IMG/VR virus record: IMGVR_UViG_3300037067_015211
Coordinates: 64,001-128,000 of that record
Source of the DNA: a virus
Taxonomy: Duplodnaviria > Caudoviricetes
Length of the DNA stretch: 64,000 bases
Reading direction: 5' to 3' (one strand)
A program made the position numbers and the translations under genes. Positions 47,761 to 55,878 of this stretch are shown piece after piece. The notes under the pieces were generated by a model. It ran no database searches. It worked only from the letters and a program-made list of their open reading frames with translations, and was not told the origin of the DNA. Position 1 is the first letter of the stretch. Each line of letters starts with the position of its first letter.

Positions 47761-48811
47761 ATGTCTTTTCCAAATAGCCTAAAGAATCTTCTGCCTGTTT
47801 GCCGTATTCTCGTAATTTTTTTATAATATATCGCAATGAAGATTTAGACAAATAATTTATCATATTGTATAGCCCTTTACCAAACTGCAAAAAATCAACA
47901 ATTTGTTTACCACTTTTGTCTTCTAGCAAAAGATCAATGATTTGTTTTTGTTGGGCAGTCGATGCAAAAAAATAAACCGCCGCTAACCAATCAATTTTTT
48001 TTGAGTTAATCACAAATTCATAAAATTTAGCAAAAATTGGTTGTGGCAAACGTCTAATATAATCGAAATATTCATTTTCAAGATCATTTTCAAGATCATT
48101 GTCAACAATATTAGAAATAATTGATAATGGAGTATTTGCAATTTTGTCCAGTACATCACTCCACTTTTTTGTATCTTCAATGTATCCATGCTCTTTCGTG
48201 GTCAACCCACGATACTTGGACATGATTCTTTTTACTTCAGGGCTTAGCATGTTGTAATATGTGTATGGGGAGCGAGCCGCGTACTTCAAATCAAGAACTT
48301 GTTCAATCCATTTGTATTCCTGATGCTTTTTGAATTTAGTAAATATTGAACCAGTATTGTGCTCTATGTCATTAATTCTATCTACAATAACCATAAAATT
48401 CTTGTAATCCTCTACCGGCGTATTGGCAAGATCAATCAATAATTTGGTAATCTCTGCCCATTTAGGACCACCATATTCATCTTCCCAGTCCAGTTCATTA
48501 AATGCTCTATACATAGTCTCCAAGTCAAGCGGTTGGCCCAAACTTATTTGCTTTGCTATATTATCCGAAACATTCAAAGTTTTTTGTATGTATCTCCACT
48601 CACCCTCTACATAATCTTTCGCATGTCTAAATTCATCGTTTACGGCCTTTGTCAAGGATTCTATATAATCTTTTTTCACTTCCTGTAACACTTGAAATGC
48701 AATTGTCTTGTCCTGTTCATCTAACAAATCAAGCACAGTAGAAAGTGCATAGAAGTCATATATTTGGCTTTGTGTAAGAGCCAATCTTTTACGCCATGTA
48801 TTGTATATCAT
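47750..48811 (-). CDS. Module B protein (third copy) with leader MIYNTWRKRLA
   Basis: YDFYALST...YGGPKW...DRINDIEHNTGSIFTKF. Confidence 0.8.
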   Translation of the reverse strand: MIYNTWRKRLALTQSQIYDFYALSTVLDLLDEQDKTIAFQVLQEVKKDYIESLTKAVNDEFRHAKDYVEGEWRYIQKTLNVSDNIAKQISLGQPLDLETMYRAFNELDWEDEYGGPKWAEITKLLIDLANTPVEDYKNFMVIVDRINDIEHNTGSIFTKFKKHQEYKWIEQVLDLKYAARSPYTYYNMLSPEVKRIMSKYRGLTTKEHGYIEDTKKWSDVLDKIANTPLSIISNIVDNDLENDLENEYFDYIRRLPQPIFAKFYEFVINSKKIDWLAAVYFFASTAQQKQIIDLLLEDKSGKQIVDFLQFGKGLYNMINYLSKSSLRYIIKKLREYGKQAEDSLGYLEKTYGV

Positions 48812-49056
48812 TTTATTATCTCCAGCATCTTCTCATGTAAACACCATATCCCTAACTGCCCAAAATCCACATAAACCTCTTTCCCATAAATAGCTTTTAT
48901 GATTCCAGCCTTCCCGATTATCTTTAATGACATCCAAACATCTTGCACATCCACCCTCTTCATGTCACAATCACACCATAACTGCTTCACAACAGCCATA
49001 GGGTTGTTTTTCTGATGCAACAAAACAGTTTGCCCAACTTGCATCAACACCCTCAC
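48808..49056 (-). CDS. Small SH3-like hypothetical protein
   Basis: VGQTV...IGKAGII...VYVDFG pattern. Confidence 0.5.
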   Translation of the reverse strand: MRVLMQVGQTVLLHQKNNPMAVVKQLWCDCDMKRVDVQDVWMSLKIIGKAGIIKAIYGKEVYVDFGQLGIWCLHEKMLEIIK

Positions 49057-49478
49057 TTAGTCAAAAGCCCTGTCGTGGCGTATATCCAGCCACCCAATAT
49101 CGCCAGCCATGCCCGTCCATAACGATCTACAAGGATTTCATCGCCATGATAACACACAGCGTCCTCACAGCCTCCATTATAACAGGGCAGGGCAATTGAC
49201 GTATCAAAAATTTGGAAGCCGCCTTGGGCATCCCTGACGTATCTACGCAAAATTACGGTGGACTTCGCGTCATCCTTTAGTCCACCAGCGATAGAAATCA
49301 TCTGCGCTACGGTCGTCCCCTCGTCCACGGTATATCTGCCGGGTTTATCAACCTCTCCATGCAGCCAAATCACCGTCTTTCCCGGCACTTCTCGCTCTGT
49401 AACGGGCGGTATGGCGGCAAATGGTTTGTTACTTAATACACAAGAAGTTAAGATGAGTATAAACAAAAGCTTTTTCAT
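49053..49478 (-). CDS. SLBB-domain lipoprotein-like protein
   Basis: Signal ...ILTSC; GEVDKPGRY...TVAQMISIAGGL...GDEILV. Confidence 0.75.
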   Translation of the reverse strand: MKKLLFILILTSCVLSNKPFAAIPPVTEREVPGKTVIWLHGEVDKPGRYTVDEGTTVAQMISIAGGLKDDAKSTVILRRYVRDAQGGFQIFDTSIALPCYNGGCEDAVCYHGDEILVDRYGRAWLAILGGWIYATTGLLTK

Positions 49479-49521
49479 GCCATTTTCCTACACTATTAAA
49501 TCATAGGAAAATAGATGGATA

Positions 49522-49818
49522 TTAAATAATTTCAATTTTCCAATCGTTTCTGGGCTGATAATCAACATCAGAAACTTCAGTGTACAATATTCCGTCCATC
49601 GTATTCTCGGGAGACAAATAAAAGCACTTAATCTTCCCCGTATTAACATCAAATGCATACAAGGCTTTCCCACCCTTCGTTTCCTTCAAGGAATATGGCT
49701 CTACGGTATATTGCTTTACCTGCCCGTTTCTCTTGCGATAAGAAAAATTTAGAAGCTTTTTCTTACGCGCAGATGCAACAATGTCAACAAATGTTTTGTC
49801 GGCAACATTTTCACTCAT
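49522..49818 (-). CDS. Stand-alone WYL-domain protein
   Basis: LNFSYRKRNG...YTVEPYSL...LYAFD...IKCF. Confidence 0.7.
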   Translation of the reverse strand: MSENVADKTFVDIVASARKKKLLNFSYRKRNGQVKQYTVEPYSLKETKGGKALYAFDVNTGKIKCFYLSPENTMDGILYTEVSDVDYQPRNDWKIEII

Positions 49819-50302
49819 AAATTTTAACCTTTCCTGAACTAGATATTTTAATGTCCTTTACGGAACTGTCTGACAAAATATTCATTATCTTCGTGTTGTC
49901 CTTCGCCCAATCCAAAAAATTAACCGTCAAACTCATGATCTGAGAAAATTCCTCGATATCATGATCCGCTATCGACAAATAATTTGCACTCTTGGGGTCA
50001 GTCCCACCCTTTGGGATGTGCATCAACTCATGCAGAAGGAGTACAAATATTTGATCCCTGTTGAACTTCTTGGAATTTGGCAAACATATTTCCAAGATAT
50101 AATCAATGTCTTCTTTCATAAAGACCTTGACCGCTGGATGAAAGTATCTCACAATTGCATAAAATTCATATTGTTTGGAGTAAACGGCGGTAACGATTCG
50201 TATTTTACTCAAATCAATATGGCCAATGTATTTCCTGTATTTCTTTTTTAAACCTAACATTACTGGAAACAACTCTTGCGTAACATCAGTGTATTTTACC
50301 AT
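49811..50302 (-). CDS. Putative phage metallopeptidase
   Basis: HIDL..I...LLHELMHI...DHDIEEF. Confidence 0.8.
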   Translation of the reverse strand: MVKYTDVTQELFPVMLGLKKKYRKYIGHIDLSKIRIVTAVYSKQYEFYAIVRYFHPAVKVFMKEDIDYILEICLPNSKKFNRDQIFVLLLHELMHIPKGGTDPKSANYLSIADHDIEEFSQIMSLTVNFLDWAKDNTKIMNILSDSSVKDIKISSSGKVKIYE

Positions 50303-50305
50303 TTT

Positions 50306-50728
50306 TTACTCTTCTAGGATTTTTCCAGCCATATTCCAGTCCAGCCCGTATTTTCTTAATATGAAAATAAAGTCTTCTCTATCGTGTTTACGCATCTTCA
50401 TAAACGCCTTATCGTCTGGGTCCGTCCCGCCCTCGGCTATGTGCATTAACTCATGAAACGTAATAATCTCCATCTGTTTTGGAGTCATCTCTTCGCAATT
50501 AGGCCATATATATTCTAACACATAATAACAATTGGTAAAATAACAAAGTGGAACGCCAACCATATGACATCGAGCATCGTATTTTCTTCTATAGTCGGCA
50601 ATCGTATTTACAAACCTAACCCTCTCCAAATCAATGTGCCCCAAATACAAATCAAATTGTTGCACTAATTTTCGTGCAATTGGTTTGTATTGTTCAGTAA
50701 CTTCAATAATTTCTGGCAATAACGGCAT
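50306..50728 (-). CDS. Putative phage metallopeptidase (tandem paralog)
   Basis: HIDL...FHELMHI...KHDREDF...KYG. Confidence 0.8.
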   Translation of the reverse strand: MPLLPEIIEVTEQYKPIARKLVQQFDLYLGHIDLERVRFVNTIADYRRKYDARCHMVGVPLCYFTNCYYVLEYIWPNCEEMTPKQMEIITFHELMHIAEGGTDPDDKAFMKMRKHDREDFIFILRKYGLDWNMAGKILEE

Positions 50729-51153
50729 TATAGATATTTTCGTTTCAATGATTTTTTGATTGTTTCTCTCTGTTCTTCCGCCTTCTTCTTTAGCGTTTCT
50801 TTTGTGTTTTTATCCTTGGGTGCCGTATGGTCTACATCGCCAGCACCTAATTTTGCCTTACGTTCTTTTTCCCGCTCTTGTACTAATTCACCAGCGGCCT
50901 TCATTTCTTCCTTGTCCTTAAACCCCTCGTTGTAGATAGCCATCTGCTCATTATAAACTCTCTTGGCCTTTACATCTTTACTGGGAGACGGCCCCTTGAT
51001 ATCGAAAGATATGTTGTCATAGCATGGCCCCATCTCGTTACCACATTCCTGACAAAAATATGGCGTCAAACAATCGTGCTTTTCGTCCCACTCAATATAT
51101 ACTCTCTCTTCGTCGTGCCCACATTTGGTGCAAAGCATATGATGAAACGGCAT
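50728..51153 (-). CDS. FmdB-like zinc-ribbon protein
   Basis: MPFHHMLCTKCGH...CQECG...FDIKG. Confidence 0.65.
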   Translation of the reverse strand: MPFHHMLCTKCGHDEERVYIEWDEKHDCLTPYFCQECGNEMGPCYDNISFDIKGPSPSKDVKAKRVYNEQMAIYNEGFKDKEEMKAAGELVQEREKERKAKLGAGDVDHTAPKDKNTKETLKKKAEEQRETIKKSLKRKYL

Positions 51154-51156
51154 CTC

Positions 51157-51738
51157 TTACCTTTCTGAAAAATACTCTTTTATTTTGCCAGCTATATATG
51201 CCACTTTTATGTTAACCGGACATTGTGTCATGCCAAATATCGTGCTCATTTGATCCTGCGTATAACAAAGCACGTAATAGCACACGAACATGTCCAGTTC
51301 TTCCGCATTCAAATAACTGTGTAGATAATCTATAATATCCACTATGTTTGGATGTGTAAAAAAATCCCCACCTTTATTTTTGTAAATATTCTCGTCACAA
51401 TATTCCACGGAACAATTTTCCATATTCCTATGCATCAACCCAGTTTGTTCATAATCGAATATCAAAAACTCTTTTACTCTAAAATATAACTTGCCTACAA
51501 TGTAGTTTGTGAAGTTATCATTAACCTTTGGGTCGTACTCAAAAACAAGCTGTAAAAAAAAGACTTCTACATTTTCCTTTATTTCCTCGTATTGCATAAA
51601 CCGAAATGTTCTACGAAGTTTCAGAACAATCTTATGAATAAGTCGAGCATATAAATCCATAAGGGCTTTTATGGACTCCTGTTTTTCCTGCTTAACGCCC
51701 TCGATGTGAGTGTAAATTTCTTCGTATTGTACGCTCAT
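51157..51738 (-). CDS. Phage sigma70-family factor
   Basis: ALMDLYARLI...YDP....FTNYI (region 2); YTQDQMSTIFGMTQ..V (region 4). Confidence 0.7.
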   Translation of the reverse strand: MSVQYEEIYTHIEGVKQEKQESIKALMDLYARLIHKIVLKLRRTFRFMQYEEIKENVEVFFLQLVFEYDPKVNDNFTNYIVGKLYFRVKEFLIFDYEQTGLMHRNMENCSVEYCDENIYKNKGGDFFTHPNIVDIIDYLHSYLNAEELDMFVCYYVLCYTQDQMSTIFGMTQCPVNIKVAYIAGKIKEYFSER

Positions 51739-52088
51739 ATGATTTCCGCCACTTCTTTATCGGTATCGTGTAATACCATGCTGTATTCTCCGACCAAATT
51801 TTCGTAAATAGATTCTATGATAAACTGTCTTCTTGCATGTTTATCTTCTTCTTCTTTGCCATAAACATTAATGTAAAGAAAATCCTTGTTGTTCTCTTCC
51901 ACCAAGCCCATTATTTCCTTATCAAACGTAACCTTCAAATACTGACCAGCCTTACTGTTGTCACAAAATACGACACAACTCGCCGTCTTATCGTTCAGCA
52001 ATCTTTTCAAATGAGCAAAATCATTTGCATTAAAATCATCTCTTGAATGAAGCAGGATAAGTGCAATTTTATTTTCCTTATCAATCAT
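51735..52088 (-). CDS. Hypothetical protein
   Basis: Packed in the run. Confidence 0.6.
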   Translation of the reverse strand: MIDKENKIALILLHSRDDFNANDFAHLKRLLNDKTASCVVFCDNSKAGQYLKVTFDKEIMGLVEENNKDFLYINVYGKEEEDKHARRQFIIESIYENLVGEYSMVLHDTDKEVAEII

Positions 52089-52093
52089 GGCAA

Positions 52094-52705
52094 TCAGGAC
52101 TCCTTGAAATATGTTTTTACCATGTCTTCAGTCATTTGCTCCACGCTGACTTTAAAATCTTCTAAAGTGCCAGAGTTAAAAATAACTCTCTTAAAATCAT
52201 AATCGTCTAAAGAAACTTCCGAAGAGTGCAAATCATTTGCATCCTCGATAGCCCTGTTGATCCTAATTGCCTCAATTACAGGACAGACAATTTCTGCGCT
52301 TAATGGAGAATAGCATTTAAACCCATCCCAGTCCATTTCGTTGGGATATCGGCAGTCCGTAATCATAGCCACATCGAATTGTTGCTTGTACATCAAGCGA
52401 GTAAGTTTTTCTTTCAGAATGTTGACCCAATAATTTGGCTCTACAGTTCTATAAAACTCGCCTACGAATTGCATTACTTCCCTACAAGTCTTTTTATATT
52501 CTGGAATGAGCACTTCTTTCTTATCGCCGTAAAGATGTTCGTAGGTGAAATATCTAAAATCTCTGGCCACCACATCCTTGACAGAGTCCGCAAATGCAAA
52601 CTGTTCTGCCGTTATGTTATGTTTTTTAAATGCTTCTTTGAAAAAAATTGCCGCTTGATTTTTGCCGTGTCGTTTTTTTCCGCTTATCAGTAAAACCATT
52701 TTCAT
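52094..52705 (-). CDS. Deoxynucleoside monophosphate kinase (T4 gp1-like)
   Basis: ISGKKRHGKN, FADSVK, REVMQFVG, TDCRYPNE, HSSE. Confidence 0.88.
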   Translation of the reverse strand: MKMVLLISGKKRHGKNQAAIFFKEAFKKHNITAEQFAFADSVKDVVARDFRYFTYEHLYGDKKEVLIPEYKKTCREVMQFVGEFYRTVEPNYWVNILKEKLTRLMYKQQFDVAMITDCRYPNEMDWDGFKCYSPLSAEIVCPVIEAIRINRAIEDANDLHSSEVSLDDYDFKRVIFNSGTLEDFKVSVEQMTEDMVKTYFKES

Positions 52706-52717
52706 TAACGAATATCC

Positions 52718-53398
52718 TTAATATAAAACATTGTCTTTCCACTTCTCGTGATATTTTGTGGCGTTTTTGCAATCTTGTAGATGTGTATCGTATCGACTTC
52801 TATTGCCGCCTCTTTTGTGCCACACCTTGCTGTCAGCACATGTCCATACCTCAAATCCATGCTTCAAAAGCCTACGATTCATATCGATATCCGCCCATAG
52901 CCCAACGCCAATAAATTCTTCATCCCAAAAATAGCCGTCTTTTTCCATCAGTGTATCATATACCTTTGCGCTGAACATATCCGGAGAAAACCCAGACCCC
53001 TTTACATTTTCCGTTAAATCCTTATGATTCCAATTACAGGCAGATGCCCTGCCAATTTTCTGATTTTGTTCCATAAAACAATGTAGTTTGTCTAACCAAT
53101 CTGGATATTTGTCAAATCTCATATCGCCATGTAAGAGTAAAAAATATTCGCAGCCATTCTCAAATATCTTTTTTGCCGCCCAATTACATGTCGGTATTGC
53201 ATGCTCTCCGTTAACATGCTGGCAAAATACTGCATTATCATAACACCATTTTTTTAAAGACAAATCCTCTTGCTCGTTTTTGTCGATACACAAAACAAAA
53301 TGTTCTTCGAAATTAATGCACATTTTCAATGTGCCAAACATTTCACAAACATCTTCTGTATCGTTAAATGCCAAAGAAACAATGCCTATCTTTTTCAA
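52718..53398 (-). CDS. GT2-family glycosyltransferase
   Basis: LLHGD, WDEEF...WADID, VWH. Confidence 0.75.
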   Translation of the reverse strand: MKKIGIVSLAFNDTEDVCEMFGTLKMCINFEEHFVLCIDKNEQEDLSLKKWCYDNAVFCQHVNGEHAIPTCNWAAKKIFENGCEYFLLLHGDMRFDKYPDWLDKLHCFMEQNQKIGRASACNWNHKDLTENVKGSGFSPDMFSAKVYDTLMEKDGYFWDEEFIGVGLWADIDMNRRLLKHGFEVWTCADSKVWHKRGGNRSRYDTHLQDCKNATKYHEKWKDNVLY

Positions 53399-54231
53399 AC
53401 CGCGATTCCTCTATAAAATTGTTCGTACTTAAGGGCATGCCATTCCTTCATCTTGGCTCTCCAGCTTTCGGCCTCGTCCCAAGAACAATTCCATTTTTCC
53501 ATAAACTTCTTGCGATTATTCTCATTATACTGCATACCAGTATTACTGTAGTCTGTCATCATGCCAATAATTTGAGGATTGTTACGTGTAACGGCCCCAT
53601 AGTGCATAATGCAACTGCGGCCTGTAACGAGGCATTTCTTGCCACTATCGTAAACACGCTTGTAAAAATCCACATCTTCCCAACAAGCTGGATAGAAACG
53701 TTCATCAAAACCGCCGGTAGATGCAAGGTAATTTCTGTCTATTAAAAAACATGTTCCGTGGAAGCCATCTACGGTTTTATCGTAAAACAGCTTTTCCTTT
53801 TCATACACATTTTTCCATTCTTTTATTCCAATCTCAGGCAAACACATTGCAACACATCCATCTTTTTGATTCTCAAGGTACGCATCTCTCATAATAACAT
53901 CGTAATCTTCTGTAACCAGCGTATCTGAATTCAAATAAATAAGATATTTTTCATCAAATGAATTGTAGTTAATAATACGGTTTGCAAATTCAGAGCAACT
54001 TAATGGCCGCTTTTTATTCGTGTCAAACATATATTCATATACAAGCTTTCGGTCCATTCTACTAACCATCTCTCCAATATCGTCCTTTATAATTTCTGCT
54101 ATTGGAGGGGTGCCGTTGTCTACAAATACAATTGTTCTTGCTTGTCCATATTTTAAACAAGACAAAACACAATTTTTTGTCATTTCGTAGTTCGTAACAT
54201 GCGCTATAATAATTGCAGTATCCGTAATCAT
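53395..54231 (-). CDS. GT2-family glycosyltransferase
   Basis: VDNG, LNSD, GGFDERFYPACWEDVD. Confidence 0.85.
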   Translation of the reverse strand: MITDTAIIIAHVTNYEMTKNCVLSCLKYGQARTIVFVDNGTPPIAEIIKDDIGEMVSRMDRKLVYEYMFDTNKKRPLSCSEFANRIINYNSFDEKYLIYLNSDTLVTEDYDVIMRDAYLENQKDGCVAMCLPEIGIKEWKNVYEKEKLFYDKTVDGFHGTCFLIDRNYLASTGGFDERFYPACWEDVDFYKRVYDSGKKCLVTGRSCIMHYGAVTRNNPQIIGMMTDYSNTGMQYNENNRKKFMEKWNCSWDEAESWRAKMKEWHALKYEQFYRGIAV

Positions 54232-54243
54232 TTTTTTCTCCCG

Positions 54244-54927
54244 TTAAACTATCATTCCTCTAGTTTTCCATTTATTTTGATGATAGGCCGTATTTTTAAA
54301 CTCCCATTCCTTTCTTGGAATCCGTCCCCGCGTTCCCATTCCCTTATGCCAAACCGTGCTTCTAGGCGTTACAATAATGTCGTAGCCAAGGGCAACGATT
54401 TTCCTATTGATATCGTCGTCATCCCAACAACAAGCCCCAAGGTAATTTTCGTCGTAAAATTCGCCATATTTTTCTACCACCTTATCCACCACTTCCTTGC
54501 GGATAATCGTAGGACATCCATTGCCCGGTCGATCCTTTGTACAATTATCCAAATTCCAATTTCTGGGAGTTGCCTTTCCGGTCTTTGGAGTCTCATCCAT
54601 ATACTGAACAAGTTGTTCTATCCAAAGAGGATTGTCGAAAATCATATCGGTATGCACCCAAAGTACATATGTACAATCCAATTCGTTGCATAGCTTAAAT
54701 GTCCCCATGTTTAACGCCGTAGTCAAATTACCAGCAGTTCCCAAATATGTGATGCCATTATTTTTGCAAAACACTTCAAGATTAAATGGTCTTATGCCCT
54801 CAAGAATCCCATCAATCAATACTATGGGGCACTCCTGAATATTTTTGCAACCCCTTAAGGTGGCAAACATTTTTACAAGTTCTTCGTAATCATTCAAGGT
54901 AGTTAAAATGATGCCTGTCTTAGTCAC
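54244..54927 (-). CDS. GT2-family glycosyltransferase
   Basis: WVHTD, YDENY...WDDDD, VWH; GTG start behind GGAG. Confidence 0.78.
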   Translation of the reverse strand: MTKTGIILTTLNDYEELVKMFATLRGCKNIQECPIVLIDGILEGIRPFNLEVFCKNNGITYLGTAGNLTTALNMGTFKLCNELDCTYVLWVHTDMIFDNPLWIEQLVQYMDETPKTGKATPRNWNLDNCTKDRPGNGCPTIIRKEVVDKVVEKYGEFYDENYLGACCWDDDDINRKIVALGYDIIVTPRSTVWHKGMGTRGRIPRKEWEFKNTAYHQNKWKTRGMIV

Positions 54928-55877
54928 TTGCCTTCTCCTACAAATCGTTGAACCGCCCAATCATACGTATCGTACCAGTTTCCACACTCTTCTTTTTTCG
55001 CCTGCCATTCTATCCAAAGTGGATCATTATTTGTTTCTATGATCCACTTTTGAAACTCTCGAACATTGTCAACCACATTGTTCTGTATCATTTTACCATC
55101 TTTAAAATATTCATCAAATATAATCCGACATGCTTCTGGATATACTCCAATAAATGGAATTACCACATTGTCCTTGACTCTGCTTTCAATAACCCCAGCA
55201 GGATTTCCATGATCCAAATTCCACTCTACGCCCTCTTTGGCCTCCTTATATCGCTTCAAATTACCGTCTGAAATCATGTCATACTTCAGCCAGCGCAAAA
55301 ACACTTCATAAGACGCCTTTAGCCCATAACCAAAATGAAAGTATGCCATGTCCTTGGATAAGAAATTTTTGCCCTTGGGGATGCCCACCACAGCCTCATG
55401 CACTCCGCCACCCCATTTTGTATCTTTCGTGATTCTAAAAATATTATTTTTTATGTGATAAGACCGCTCAATCTGAATACAAAACGGAGACCCCATAAAG
55501 TGATAAAATCTTTGCGTTATCCTAGCGTATTCCTTATCCGTCATTATGTATTTCTTCAGATGCTCATAATCGTTACGATTAATCACATCGTCACAATCAT
55601 GCCACACCACCCAGTCTATTCCACTGTTTACACTGTGCTCTAACGCCTTGTTTCTAAGCGCATCAAACCCCTGATTGCCATAAAACTCAATATACTTCCA
55701 GTCAGAATTTCCTCTATTCTTGTACTTTTCAACAATAGCCCTAACATTATCGCTACAACCATTATCGACAAATACAATTTGGTCAAACACATTGTCGATG
55801 GAATTCATAAACATTTCCACCATCAATTCTTCAACTTTTCCAGATTCCTTAGCTATGATATTTAATGCTACAGACAT
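54924..55877 (-). CDS. GT2-family glycosyltransferase
   Basis: VDNGCSD, FDALRN, DCDD, VHE, HFGY. Confidence 0.82.
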   Translation of the reverse strand: MSVALNIIAKESGKVEELMVEMFMNSIDNVFDQIVFVDNGCSDNVRAIVEKYKNRGNSDWKYIEFYGNQGFDALRNKALEHSVNSGIDWVVWHDCDDVINRNDYEHLKKYIMTDKEYARITQRFYHFMGSPFCIQIERSYHIKNNIFRITKDTKWGGGVHEAVVGIPKGKNFLSKDMAYFHFGYGLKASYEVFLRWLKYDMISDGNLKRYKEAKEGVEWNLDHGNPAGVIESRVKDNVVIPFIGVYPEACRIIFDEYFKDGKMIQNNVVDNVREFQKWIIETNNDPLWIEWQAKKEECGNWYDTYDWAVQRFVGEGK

Positions 55878-55878
55878 A

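Noticed and set aside
48074-48100. 12-bp tandem duplication (NDLE-NDLE)
   Set aside because: An in-frame slippage event with no sign of function.
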